From Raillietiella orientalis (lineage: Eukaryota), in NCBI GenBank assembly GCA_036172245.1, contig JAYWIR010000028.1, forward strand, positions 1,116,001 through 1,180,000: a stretch of DNA of 64,000 nucleotides, written 5' to 3'. Position 1 is the first letter of the stretch. Each line of letters opens with the position of its first letter. Shown one piece after another: positions 26,501 through 39,400 of the stretch. The translations under genes and the position numbers were made by a program. The notes below the pieces were generated by a model that saw only the letters and a list, made by a program, of their open reading frames with translations, had not been told where the DNA came from and ran no database searches.

Positions 26501-27720
26501 GACAAATATGCAACCCGCCAGATGTATGGATATTGCCCATCTTGGGCTTTGGACTGGGAGTACAGGAAGAAGACCATTCTGAATGAGTTGAGAGTGTTCA
26601 CACCAGATATTATTTGCTTACAGGTAACAGCCGTCTTTCCTTTCCATTTCAGTTTCATTGAATCTTTTCGTCCTTTCTTTCCCGTAGGAAGTAGAGACCG
26701 AACAATTTCATAACTTCTACCTGCCAGAATTGAAGGAGCTTGGGTATGCGGGAATCTTTGGTCCAAAATCTAGAGCGAAAACGATGACGGAGAGTGAACG
26801 TCGGCATGTAGATGGCTGTGCGATTTTCTACCGGACACACAAGTAACAAAGTTTTGGTTGGTTGAAGTTGATTTTCCCCTCCACTCAGGTTTTCTTTGGT
26901 GAAAGACCATCTAGTCGAGTTCAACCAGCTTGCTATGGCCAATGCCGAAGGGTCTGACGAGATGCTGAATCGGGTGATGACTAAAGACAACATCGGCTTG
27001 GCTGCTCTTCTTCACGTCGTGGACTGGAATGATGCCTTACCAGAAGGAAACACGTCTCGTGCGCTTCTCGTTTGTACCTGCCACATCCATTGGGACCCCG
27101 AGTTCTGCGACGTTAAGCTCATTCAGTCAATGATGTTGATGCGTGAACTCCGACGCATAGCTGAAGATTCCTCTCCAGAATGCTGGCGCTCCGAGTCACT
27201 TCCTCTTATTCTCTGTGGGGACTTTAATTCACTTCCTCTTTCCGGAGCAGTGCAGTTTGTGTCGATGGGTCGTGTGCCATCTGACCACCCCGATTTTAAA
27301 GAACTCCCATACCGCGCATCCTTGCGCAAGCTCTGCCCCACCTCGGAGCGCGCCGAAGAATTCACCCACCCATTCCAGTTGACCAGTGCCTACAGTGAAG
27401 ATATGATGCCGTACACTAACTACACGTGAGTTCGAAGGGAAGTGCCGCTGGTTCCAAAGCTTTCCTAGATTCGACTTTAAAGGAATGATCGATTATATCT
27501 ACTATACAAAAGGCACATTGCGTCTTCTTGGGCTTCTTGGACCACTGGATCCTCAATGGCTTAAAGAAAACAAGGTGGTAGGTTGTCCACATCCACATGT
27601 TCCTTCCGGTTAGTATAAAACTTCATGTCTGAGATGAGTTACCCAGATCACTTTCCACTGCTGGCTGAAATGGAGTTTTCTCAATCATCTCCTTCCAATG
27701 GACTGCTTGCCCGAAGGTAG
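11035..27720 (+). CDS. CNOT6: CCR4-NOT deadenylase subunit CCR4/CNOT6 (twin): LRR plus EEP nuclease domain
   Basis: Exons 11035-11348, 11391-11566, 26403-26623, 26688-26842, 26889-27425, 27469-27608 and 27647-27720 are all GT-AG and in frame. N-terminal LRRs (LTSLYLNDNSLTRIP, LDLSCNKLRSLP) and EEP motifs YNVLCDKYAT, CLQEVE, HIHWDPEFCDVK, GDFNS, IDYIYY and PSDHFPLL are present. Confidence 0.97.
12400..14300 (+). mobile_element. Highly degenerate L1/Tx1-like LINE ORF2 remnant in the CNOT6 intron
   Basis: Decayed motifs occur in the expected order: YADD-like 'TYDVSLI' (~12425), 'RILGVII' (~13045), GG-x-x-x-P-like thumb region (~13280) and C-x2-C 'CQECS' (~14090). Many stops and frameshifts. Confidence 0.4.
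18311..18386. repeat. Perfect 38-bp tandem duplication
   Basis: TTCGTGCGAGGAAGCATTCGGTACACATTCCTCCTGTT occurs twice, directly adjacent. Confidence 0.95.
18756..18921 (+). CDS. Candidate alternative first coding exon of CNOT6 (presequence-like peptide)
   Basis: AAAATG start, 55 open codons, then a CAG|GTATGC donor in phase 1, matching the phase-1 acceptor of the EEP exon at 26403. Confidence 0.35.
19821..20396 (+). CDS. Candidate 576-nt (192-aa) alternative exon of CNOT6
   Basis: Core of the 352-aa ORF 19607-20665. Acceptor ctaaatgcag| is phase 1, with an alternative phase-0 acceptor at 19864. Donor GCA|GTGAGT is phase 1. The sequence is protein-like (basic patch, acidic tract, RRCQSDP) up to the donor and becomes homopolymer-rich soon after. 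Confidence 0.55.
22596..22671. repeat. Compound microsatellite (GT)n(GAGT)n
   Basis: Directly visible in the sequence. Confidence 0.95.
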
Positions 27721-27875
27721 CAGAATTTCGTCTGTGATAGATTAGTACAAAGATCTCTTCTGCTGTATCCCGATGTCGGGAAAATTCAGGCCTTCGTGAT
27801 ATGTTTCTTGTCTGATCTCACGTGGTGGCACGGAAGCAGGAAAGCAATCCATATTGATTGAGAATAAATGTTTTT

Positions 27876-27879
<4 letters not shown>

Positions 27880-27916
<37 letters not shown>
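27880..27916. repeat. (CT)n microsatellite in the CNOT6 3' UTR region
   Basis: Directly visible; AATAAA signals follow at ~28158 and ~28337. Confidence 0.9.
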
Positions 27917-27919
<3 letters not shown>

Positions 27920-30584
27920 CCTTCCTTCCTTCCTTTCTCCCTACCCTTCCCCTCCCCCCGTTTTTTCCCTCGCCCCCCCCTTCTGTTTACAAGACCAGTA
28001 TTATTTTCATAATATATTCGATTTTGACTTGATGGTTTTTTTTTTTTTTTTTAATCCTCCCATTATAGGAGTTATTTTTTTCAGTTACTGTTTAACTCTG
28101 AAGATGAAAGTTGATTGCGGCACTCCGATACCCGTTGACCATCATAACTAAGTTCTGAATAAACGCTTACAAAAATGGATGCATACGCTTGTACTCGAGG
28201 ACTTTAAAGTATCTTTCAAGTATCTTTGTAATTTGGAGTGCTTATAAAAAATTATACATAGCACCTTAAGTATCGAGGTTGGAAAAAAAAAAAAAATTTT
28301 TTTTGTATTTTTACTATAAGCCTGAATCAGGAAATGAAATAAAAAAAAAAAAAAAAATTTCCAACGTATCCAGAAGTGAGCATGTTCCCACACTGCACGT
28401 TTGACCGTTTTAGCTAATTTGATTTAGAATGTAGAACGATGGACTTTTTTTTTGCAGCGAAGGTTAGTCTGGGCATTTGGAGCTTTAGTCACGAATCCTT
28501 TCGTTGAGGATGCGATTTTTTTGCCAGCATAAAATCTTTTACAGTGTACTGAATTATCTGCAGCTGTATTTTCGTGTGTTGTTGTATGCTTCCAAGGGAG
28601 ATCACGTATCGTGAAGCATTCAAGTAGTAACTGTTGGGTGGTGCTACGAAATTTCTGGTACGTGGGTGCAGGGCAAGACAGATGATGAAGGAAGATGAGG
28701 AAGCTGAATGTTGTGTGCAACCTTCAGCATTCTGGATCCGTTTTCTGAAAGGATTCCCCGTTAGACCAACGGAATGCTGACTGATGAGCAAGCAGCACTT
28801 GTTTGTTATGTATAACATTACAGCATCTGCACATGATGAAGAAAGTAGTTAGGAGCAACGGTGTTCCCACAGAATGATGCGCTTGCAAAGAATCGAATCG
28901 GTGACGACGTGATGGAATGTTTTATCTATACGTATGAGTCGCATTGGTATCCATGTGAGCAATCCAGCGTATGCATGCAACCAGAGTGCGTATTTGGCAT
29001 CCATTGCACACATTTGTTTTATTTCTGACGGAAAAGGATGCCATATTTTGCTCCATTACATGAAAGTATACAAAGTATCAGAACAACTCTCTCCTCCGTC
29101 AAAAAACTGTAGCACTTCTTTGAGTACCGAGAAATATTCAACAGTCATGAGTATGTACTGCTTGAGATGGTTTTCATATTTTGTCTGCTTGGGAAATTTT
29201 TCCGTGTATGAATTGGCGACTTTCTTTTAAAGGTTACTTTCTCAAAGAAACTTTCTTTGCTGCAAGTCGATGCCTGTTGTCGTGGACGGCACTATCGCTA
29301 ATTGCTGTTTGCTTTTTGAATTGAGAGTTTCATCAGAGGGAACGTTTGTATAGAAGATTTGCGCCTCCAAGATCTTTGCTCTCCAATAATAATAGTCCGG
29401 AGATGATTCCGAAATCCTTCGCTAGAACTTTCTCATTCAGTGTATGAGATGCTTTTCCAGGTGTATGTCACTTTGGACTACGTGTTGCGGTGTCTTGGAT
29501 CAAGTTTGCCCAGCCTCTCTGTCCAGACTGGCCTACTTGAAACGCACTCCCGTTATACATCTCACGGGTCTTTAGGTGCAAGCAAGCAATTGTGTGCTGG
29601 CATAATTAACAAAGAGACTCACTACACGTTTTGTTGCCTTTTGGTACGATAGGCGAAATCACTTTTCGAAGTCTCGAAGAAAGTTTGTGTTTAAGACACC
29701 ACTTTCCGTGGAGCTACACAGTTCTGCATGCGTGCTTGAGACTTTTCCACCAGCTTATGTACCGGAATTTTCTTTTGCCGCAGCTTTCATCTCTCGCTGC
29801 CACACTGTCTTCATGATCCTTCCCCTCATTGTCTTCGATAGATGCCGCTCAGTGTTGGCCATCGTTACTGCCATCTTCATCCTAGAACCACTGATCGCGT
29901 TTCGGGAAGATGCACCATGGATCTCTTGCGGCGATTCATCATGAAAAATTTCAAGCTGTGTTCTTAAAATGTAACTTGCGAAGTAACCTCTTCATAAATC
30001 ATATTCCGTCTTTTGGTGGGAAACATATCCTAGTTCTTTGACCTCACTACATGTCTCGAAAGTTTTTGGGGGTTAGTTCACACTCACTGCTTTAGTTCAT
30101 GAGCGAGTAGCGATAACATGAAATCATATATCTTAGAAATGAAGATTTTTTTTTCTCTTGAGAAAGTTATACACATATGTCTTCAGCTGCACGGGTAAAA
30201 GCAGAAGCACGATCCCTATTCAAAACCATTGCATCTGATCACATCCCTTATGAGCATAAACTATATTCTTGATTGCAATATCAGGTCAAGCATCGTTTTT
30301 ATTTTAAAGCTTCCCATTTTTCAATATTTTCACTATCCCTCTTCATTGCCAGGTTGCCCTCTTTCACTATGATTTTTTCAGTTTCCTTTTACTTTGATTT
30401 TCTCATATTAAGCTTCCCTCATATGTGAATTAGCTTCTAGTACATGACAGAAAATGCTGTTTGCTGAACGAATGTCTTTATCGCTGATTTCAGTAGGTTC
30501 AACAACTTTGAAGGCACAAGATTGCAAGTTTGTTACACGGATCAAGAAGAACTGTTAAGGGAGCAACTTGTAATCTACATTCTG

Positions 30585-31260
30585 TCAATCACAAAATTTG
30601 CATGTACTGAACAAAGTTTCGTAAAGGTCACCATCCACTCGGCCACTCGGCAAGCGTGTCCGTGGTGTCCACTCCGCAATCGCACCTGGTTCGACCCGGA
30701 AGGTGGCATCGGTGATCTGAAGGTCAGCTCCAAGAGCTCTCCATCTCAGGATCGTTGTGGTCAGTCTCGCACGCATCCCACCGGGGTGAAAGTCAGGAAG
30801 ATCAAAGTAGTAATCTCCACTGACCCCTTTGAATGCATCCGTCCGAAAGAAACCGTCTGAAGGAGTGTTGGTCTTGTACATACGTCAGAGGCATTGCCCT
30901 TTTGTAGCACCACTTTCAGTTCCGTGCTCGACTCCCGTTGTGGCAAATTGCAAAAGATTTTCAAATTGTGTCGTTTCGGACTATGCAGAGCAACTTTTGA
31001 TATGAACTTCATCGAATGCATGCGTAATAAATAAACTGCATGGTTGCTTACATGTGTGTTGTGGGACCTGTCGCTATTGTTTCCCCCAAGCACATGGGAA
31101 CATATGTACTACCATACTTATGCACAGTGCCTGCGTACTTTTTGTACAGTACAATGCCTCGCTAACAAATGTGATTTGTCCTTAAATAAGCGCAGATTTA
31201 CCATTGCGATGATTGCCATATAACTTGGAATACGACATGGGCAATGTGTAATTCACGATC
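30585..31260 (-). pseudogene. Possible degraded coding remnant of unknown family
   Basis: A 98-aa protein-like ORF (30881-30585), preceded by frameshifted fragments 'THCPC' and 'GQITFVSE'. GC is higher than in the flanks. Confidence 0.25.
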
Positions 31261-31841
31261 GTAAACACGAAGGGCATGCATATCTAATGACGTCTGAATT
31301 TGCTGATCTAAATGACACGCAAAATGGCCATCTAAACGGATTTTTGGAGATTGAAAGGTGAATACAAATTTTGGTTGCGTGCTTGGAGCTTTTCGACATG
31401 GTATGCTATGGTTAAAGCGTAAGTGCTTTTTGTTCGTGCGAATTGCAGTTTTATTTTTAACGCATCAGCAATCAGAACAGAGTGCTGAAGATGTGTTGTA
31501 GGGATCTTAAAAAAAAAAAACTACGCATTCTTGAAAGTGTTTGTAAAGTTATACGTTTACGTATTTTGTTATTACGAGTAAAATTTCTATACTCGATACT
31601 AACATTCTTAAGAGTGAAAAGATTTAGAAGATTCAGTCGGATATACGATACGAAGCAAGCAATTTAATTTAGATGTGTTTCCTGAGACCAATCAGGAATG
31701 CATGCTAACAGTGTATTTGTGTGTATCTTGCTTATCAACCCTTTTTAAGTTAGCCATGTGTATTTGTTGTTTCGCACTGTTATTATTTTAGAAAATTGTG
31801 CACCATTTCTGTTTTTTAGGAAACATGTGCGTATCAAAGAC

Positions 31842-33353
31842 ATGGTTCTTTGCAAACCTCCAGGAACGTTAAAATCAATTTGCATCAGTAAAATAGCAGG
31901 AAATATTTGGGTGGCAACTCATAGATTAGCTCTTCATCCTTTGTTTGCTGTTGTTGATGATATAAAAATCTTGAAATCATATCTTTATGATGTGTCAGCA
32001 TCAGCGTATTTAGTATATGAAAAATATCTTCAGTGGGAGCCATCAGTTTCCCTTGGATATATTGTCCTAATCTTTGGGGACTACCTCAAGAACCTCACTG
32101 TGCATGGGGCTGATGTAGATACACTCATTTCTTTAAGTAATACGCTTTATTTCAAAAATTTGAGATCTCTTAGATTGGATACATCTGATTTGATTGGTTA
32201 TCATGTGGAGCAGGTCAATCTGACTTTATTTCTTGAATCGATTCCCTGCTTTCAGTTTCTCACTAGGCTGTGTACAAATTATTGCACTGATAAATTGTTG
32301 AAAGCTGTGGGGCAGTGTTGCCCAAAGTTACAAATTTTTGATTGCCGAGCAGATCGAACCAGGGAAGTTACTGATGCAGGTTTGTGTTTTCTGTCTGCCT
32401 GCAGCAATCTGACAACCATTTGCTTCAATGCTGATCATGATTACTATTCCCTCATCAAAGATGGCTACTTCAGCCTCACAGGATTGGGCATAGCCCATCT
32501 TATCATGGCATTGCCAGAACTTACCCACTTGGACTGTGAAGAGCAATTACTGCAAGAAGCTGTGTGGCAGCTACTGCAGTTCCATGGGTTGCGTATGCAA
32601 TATAAACTTAGAAACTATCATTTTTGTGCTATGCGATGTCGAGAAGGAGATAGAGCTAAATACCTGCACACTTTGCGTTTTGCTGTGTGCCTATTTCCCA
32701 ATTTGAACTCTGTTAGCATTGGTCATCCAGACAGGCCTACCTTCAAAGCTTTGGCTACTATGAGCCAAATGACACACCTGACACTTGTCAAGGCATTCTG
32801 GAAGAAACAGCTCAGTGCAAGTCTGTCTGTTATAGGTGCTAATCTGAAGGTACTTCACTTGTTACGCACTGTTCTCACTACAGATGGAATTCATGATCTA
32901 GCTCTGTATTGTACTTCCTTAACAGAGCTGGTTATTAATAGCAGCTACCAAAATAATATGGATGAGAGGAAGCTGTCTTCTTTCCCTGTTTTGCAAAATT
33001 TAAAAGTTCTCAGTTTGAGTGGAGAGTTGACAGAAGGGATGGTACTTTATTTTGTTAGCAGCCCAAACCTATTATCCCTGGAAATTGAACCTGGAAGTGC
33101 AGATTTTTTACAAGATGATTTGCTGTACAAACTCCTTGATGCTAAATTGCTGAGCAATTTGCACAAATTTTGGTTGAGGAATTGTGACAATGTATCAGTT
33201 GGGCCATTTCGTAGAGCACTGAATGATTGTCCAAACCTCAAGGTTATAGGTGATCTTGCAAATAGTGGCTCATTACCGAAGTTCGTGCTACTTAAGGAAA
33301 TTCTCCATAGTAATTGGGATTTGGAAATAGGGACATCGAAACTTTTTTTATGA
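31842..33353 (+). CDS. Leucine-rich repeat protein (RNI/FBXL-type LRRs) with an intronless CDS and an N-terminal BC-box-like motif
   Basis: 503 codons from ATG 31842, just after the acceptor ttttttag at 31819. Cys-containing LRRs include 'LLKAVGQCCPKLQIFDC', 'VTDAGLCFLSACSNLTTI', 'LALYCTSLTEL' and 'LNDCPNLKVI'. The N-terminus is PPGTLKSICISKI. Confidence 0.9.
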   Translation: MVLCKPPGTLKSICISKIAGNIWVATHRLALHPLFAVVDDIKILKSYLYDVSASAYLVYEKYLQWEPSVSLGYIVLIFGDYLKNLTVHGADVDTLISLSNTLYFKNLRSLRLDTSDLIGYHVEQVNLTLFLESIPCFQFLTRLCTNYCTDKLLKAVGQCCPKLQIFDCRADRTREVTDAGLCFLSACSNLTTICFNADHDYYSLIKDGYFSLTGLGIAHLIMALPELTHLDCEEQLLQEAVWQLLQFHGLRMQYKLRNYHFCAMRCREGDRAKYLHTLRFAVCLFPNLNSVSIGHPDRPTFKALATMSQMTHLTLVKAFWKKQLSASLSVIGANLKVLHLLRTVLTTDGIHDLALYCTSLTELVINSSYQNNMDERKLSSFPVLQNLKVLSLSGELTEGMVLYFVSSPNLLSLEIEPGSADFLQDDLLYKLLDAKLLSNLHKFWLRNCDNVSVGPFRRALNDCPNLKVIGDLANSGSLPKFVLLKEILHSNWDLEIGTSKLFL

Positions 33354-33899
33354 TTAACAAAGTTATTTGGCCTATTGTTAACTGCAACACTGATAGGAGT
33401 AAATTGTTCACTCATGAATTGCAGAGATGTTGAATTAGAAATTCTGAATATCATACAGCTACTAACTGCTGTATGATGTTCTACAAATATATTTGAATCA
33501 AAATTAAAGTGCAGAGCCACCAGATGAAGAAAACTACATAAGTTAATTATCAAATGCAATATAGTGCATTAAGTAAGAAGTGTAAAGTGATAGAATTGCA
33601 AGAAATCTGTTTTTGATAAAATTGCAAAATTGATTTCCCCTGATTGCAAACTTTTGTTGTTTACCAAGAATGACATGTTTTGCCTTTGTTGAAATTTGAA
33701 GGTTTGTATTTTATGGTCTGCATTTAAGGACATCACTTTCACAAGTGTTACTATAGTGCATGTGGCTGGCATGCTCAGTGTTTTTATAAATTGCATCTGC
33801 TTTCAAAAAAGGAAAGAAACATAAAAATGCTACTACATGTGAGTCCCATTTTTGATTACAAGGATTAGAAATTTGCAAAATGAAACCAGTTTTTAATGG

Positions 33900-34900
33900 A
33901 ATCTAAGATGGAGAATTTATAGCATCTATCAGTGCTAATTCATTTTTAGTAATGTCAATAAAACTGCCCAATGCTTTCAAATTAAAAGAGCAGTTCTTAT
34001 TCCAATGGGCTTTAAAAAAAATTAAGAGTTAAAAATATCAAATTTAAATATGGTGATCTTTTTTAGCATGAAATAAAATCTTTACCTTTCACTCATTCTG
34101 AACTACAATGAAATCTGCCACCAATCTCCCACAAATTAATCTGCTGCCACCTTCAAACATTTAACTTACACAGGTATGTGTCTCCATTATTAATCTACAA
34201 TCCGTAATGTTGATAACAAATACATGCATTAACATAGGTGAGATTGACTTATTCCTTTGCACATTGCAAGTGATCAGAAACAAAACCTAGGAAGAAGCCT
34301 TTGTAACCAGGAAAAGGTTACAACAGCCTTTTACTGGTTACAACTATAGCAAGGCAGTACTCTAATAGCTTTGAAATATACATCGGAAAAGTACATTGTG
34401 TTTTGAAGCTGTGTTAGTTTCAAAGGCATACCCAACTGGTATGCAAAAGATGAATGTTTTGCAGAGCTTCTTACTGTTCAGTGCATGGAAGTGTCAGATG
34501 AAATAAATTCACTTGCAGAGTAGTTTGCAAGTGAATTATGAGTGAATAATCATCATGGAAAATTTCAGATATTCTTTACATTGGTGCTTACTTCTCATAA
34601 TTCTTGCATGAAGACAAGGCTAAATGCCTTGTCTTCATTCATGGCAAGATTGTGGTGAATATTGGTGTTCCACAAATTCGATGCTTGGTAATAGAAGCTA
34701 TGGTGCATATTGATCTAGTTACATTTGTTGGTGACAGTTAGATGAAGAACATGGAAGTTGAGATACCATGAATCTTTTTAAACCTATTCTAAGGCAGAGT
34801 GATTTTTGGTAATTTGTTGATTTGCACCATAGACATTTTGGTGTTTACTGTGATTGATGCCCTATGTAGAGTGATCTGTATTTCTTTTGCACAGAACATG
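33900..34900 (+). mobile_element. Possible decayed hAT-type transposase remnant
   Basis: Faint ordered motifs ('FKGIP', a G-A-S-V-M-S-G-like stretch, a 'LHWC' HCxAH-like motif) in sequence full of stops; recognised by eye only. Confidence 0.25.
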
Positions 34901-35229
34901 AACATGTCCTACATTTTAATACAAACAACCAGATGTAAATATAACAATTCAAAGACCATGTTAGAACTTATTTGAACATGTTAGAACCTTTCTTTTGTTT
35001 TATGAAATCCATAATTGTGTTTCATTGTGGTAAAACTGATTGCTGGTGATGAGTAGATAGCATAATGATACTTTACGCTTGGTGAAGCTGGTATTCACGT
35101 TATGTTTGTTTTTTCTTTTTTCTCTCTTGTTATCAATGCCGAGGAAAAATGGACTGCAAGCTGTCTCAATTTTTTAGGTTATCATCTTTTTCTAATTTTT
35201 CTCAATTACATATCATAGAAAAGGGCAGT

Positions 35230-36450
35230 CGCAGAATTCGCCGATGAATATGTCTATTAAAGCAAATGCCGCATTGTAGCTTCATTGCATCTCAATGTAA
35301 CCTTACTGATGGAAAGGAAACTTTTTTTTGCCGTGAACAGATGTTGTGAATACTTAAGTAAACTGTGGGATGTAATAGCTAAGGAACACGAATATTTACA
35401 TCAAACCTATTACAACGTAAGCAACATGAAAATACGAATTACGAGCCATTGTGAAAATCTTCCTCAGAAACAGAAGTGTTGTAGAGTGGCATGGAAATGT
35501 TAAGAATGGAATCTTTAAAGAAAAAGCAGATTATAAAAAAATGAAAGTGTAATAAGACAGCTATGCCTCAATTGAAGAATCGGATGAGATAATACAGTCA
35601 ACAATATTGCTGTCGTTGTACTTTCAATGGTTTTATCCGAAGGGACCCCATGGACTCTGTGATGTTGCACCTGAGACTGATGTAAATATAAGATGCCATG
35701 AGATAAAATAGTGAAGTTTTCGCATGAAATTCACTGAGACAGACATTCATGATCTTGGAAATAAGACATCTCTTTGAGAAATTTTGTCACAACGAAGTTT
35801 GACTTATTGTGACATCCAGCTTCAGAAACTGCACAGTGGGCACTGCAAAAAAAAGAGGAATATCATGAATATTCCTCATGTGAATGGCTCATATAAATAG
35901 GTGCTTCATTTGTTCTCTTATTAATATGATGGATTCGTTGCATAAATTAGATTTTCGATGCTTTTTAAGCAGCAGCATCTTTTACAGATAAGAAATTTAA
36001 TTATTGAATTTCATGGCCAAAAGAACGATTTAAACCCATTTCTTTGTGATCCCTTCAATGAAGTTACATATCAAGTCATGTAAATACTGATCTCATGAAT
36101 GATTACTGCCGAAACCTGCAGATACCAAAGACGTCTAATGTGGTTGATTTTTGTGATCATGTACTCGAGCTCATCTTATGGTATTCTCAAAATTAACTAT
36201 GAGATTTGTAGTTTTCATCAAAGTTTTACAAAATCGTGTGTTGTTGAATCGAAAAACATGGATTGAATATCAAGAATAGGTATTCTAACCATCTATTGGA
36301 AGCATCAGTTCTCAGTTTAGCGTCAAGTATTGCAGAAAAAGAAAGTTGCTAAAACCAGCAGAATATTGTACGACCATAAGGAAATTCCATCTCAATTTAA
36401 AGAGAAAAGAAATGAAATCTGTCGTTCGTAAAAAATGAAAGACAGGAAAA
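35230..36450 (+). mobile_element. Possible decayed Mutator/SWIM-type transposase remnant
   Basis: SWIM-like 'TC...FCDHVLELI' near 36110-36175 and scattered Cys/His motifs; heavily disrupted. Confidence 0.2.
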
Positions 36451-39400
36451 CAAATTAGAAAAACGATTGAGGTTTGTAAAGTTTTATGTCCGAATAGCTC
36501 TTCATAAATCTAAGAAATTAAGAGACTATTTTTTTTTTCCAAGTGATATATATATTATCTGATATTTATCATCTTTTTTTGAAATAAAAGGAATACTCTT
36601 GTGCTGCAAGTTAGAAATAACTGCTGACGTTAATCTTCAAGAGTAAAGGTTTTCAAGTTGTCATGATTTTCTGGAATTTTACAGAATTCTTTACACAGAA
36701 CACAAAGTCTGAACGAGAGGAAAATTCCTGATATTTTCGAATGGATTTACTCGAGGACCATTTGGATTTACCAAATTTTTCTTAACAAACTCAGAAATCT
36801 TGTACATTGCTTCTTTTGCTTTCGAACCGGAGAGCAGAGCAGAAATAATATCTACGTCCACATATTTGTAAAAAAAAAAAAAAAAAAAAAAAGATAGAAA
36901 ATTAATTCATAATTCAATGTATTCAGAGGAAAGTAACTGCTAAGTTCCAATTTCTGTGAAAGCTATAGATTGAATACCTTATCGAATTAACTTGCTTCGC
37001 CCTGCAAATTGCGTAATTAAGAAGTACAGTCATTTAAAATTTCGAGAAGTTCCGAACTACCTGGAAAAAACTTCTAGACTTATAAAATCTTATTTGTGGC
37101 ATTAATAATAATAAATGCCCCAGCATATCCGGGTGAAAAACCTGGAAATTAACAAACCACAAATGCAGCCATTTTTTTCTCCTTTCAGATTCCTAATAAG
37201 TGACAATCGTTTTTAAAAGGAAAGGAGACTGAAAAACTAATCATTGTAATGCACCCGAAAATCATGCATCTCTCAGACCTATTTTTCAATCAATCCTTGC
37301 TGCATTCTATCAGCTTTCGGGGGCATTTTCTCTAAAGAACACAACAAATAGCATGAGAAAGAGGAGAAATGTATATGGGCTAAATTGAAGTTTCATTTGC
37401 CAACTTCCAACTTTACATTCAGAGAAGGAATTCCATGTAGTCATCCATGCACTAAAGGAAGGAGCACATCACTGAAATAGCTGTGATAGCATCTCACTCG
37501 AGTAAACTCATTCATAAAAGAAACGAAGTCGAAGTGCATGCACTCATATGTTCAGAATTTATTAGCGTCGTAAGGTGATGGTTAGTGAAGAGGAATTTGG
37601 CATTGCTGGGCATTTTATGATAATAGCATTCTTTCTTTCATCCTATGTTTGCAGATTGTGCTTATTCTGATGCCATGGTTTAGAAAACACAAATGAACTA
37701 CATAACTTCTTTTGTCATGTAACATGATATCTCTCCCCTTGCTATCTTTGGGATACGTTAATATTTGTACCTTGATCATGATTTGTAAATAAGGTTTGCA
37801 CTATCTCCTGTAAATGAAAGTTGTGAAGGTCGGATCTCCCCTCAGTTATCTTCCTCAGCAGCTTTTCATATATCTTAGATCTCTGCAGAGTTGCATTACC
37901 ATGGATTATTGAGTCAATCGTCTACAGATCTTGACTAGGATCTTTTTTTTTGGTACAGTGCTGTGCGTTATTACCAGTCTGTCATTTTGAGACTGCTGCC
38001 TTTTGTTCCGCATTTAGTAGAATACGAATACTTTTTGACATTTAGCATGTATCTTAGGTCTGCACGACAGCATAGTCGCAAAGAAAAATATTGACTGTCT
38101 CAATTATGACAATTGTTGATCGAAGCGGAGTATTTGTTTTCCTTTTTAGGCGGATTGAATCGTGTCAGGCTTCTCTTTATAATATTACTCATTTCGCCTG
38201 CTTTCTTCTTTGAGAAGAAATAAATACAACTTTCAACATGATTCGCAATTAAATTGAGCAAGAAAGGATTTTATTCGGTGGAGATGAATGGGGAGGAAGC
38301 TAATCGGGTTGCAAATTAATTAGGATCTGTAACCAATCTTTTGAAGTTAGTGGAGCAATTCGGTTTTCTGTACTTCCTTTGAGCAATTCAGGGTTTCACT
38401 GTAGAATTTTCGGAAAATTAGGAAGCATTTCGGAAGCATACAGGGTAGCTGTGTTATTTCATACCTAGATCGGTTAACATGTATCTGATTTTGGAACCTA
38501 TCGAGTTGTGCACATGAGTTTTTGCTGTATACTTGATGGTCCTTGTTAGTATCTTCATAAATTCTCTACATTCTCTACATTTTGTTTCAATTTATATACT
38601 ACACAAATTGCTTTTCCCAAATCATAAGAGCAATTCACATTAGGGGATGTATATAATCTCATAGAGCTTAAGGAATCTTTAAGAATGAAGTAATTTTAAA
38701 CCACAAAAGATGCTTGTAAAAGAAGCTAACGGATAGCAATAAGACTTTTTTGTATAAATCCAACGTGTGCAAAGCTCTTCAAAATGCTATTTATTTCAAT
38801 GGTATTTCCTTCAGTATTTCAACAAATCATTCATTCTTTTTATTTCAATTTTTGGAATTAATTTTTTATAGCTCTAACTGTAGCACGCAGCAAACATTCA
38901 AATGAATACATTACTAAAAAGCTGCACAAAGCTAATGTAATTCATGTAAACATTTTTATTGCTAATATATTTTAATATTAGAAATGAGACTTCATTCTTA
39001 TCAGACAAGTTATTGAAATTGATTAAAGTCCTAGAATTTATAATTATTACTTTTGATATGCATCGAAAAAATTGAAACTTGTTTAGATTTATAGTGATCA
39101 ACTTCAATGTAGGTTTGCTTTACGAAAGTCTTATTGCCTATGCTAAATAGTTTGGAATATTGCAGAGGATATTATTCGATAACCACATACATCCGATGCA
39201 GAGATGGAAGAATTTCCACATAATTCAAGATTATAAATTTAAATTTATAAAAAGTAAAGAGGAAATTTTCTTTAAGCCATTAATTATAGCCGATTGCATG
39301 AATTCCACAATTCGTGAACATCAGACTTCAGCATGATCTCGAAAGAACACGGAATTCTAAAGAACAGGCCCTTCTAATTTATCAGTTTATTTCCTCTGAA

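Noticed and set aside
29230..29950. Minus-strand acidic stretch with a faint piggyBac-like look
   Set aside because: Too many stops and no catalytic motif; not supportable without a search.
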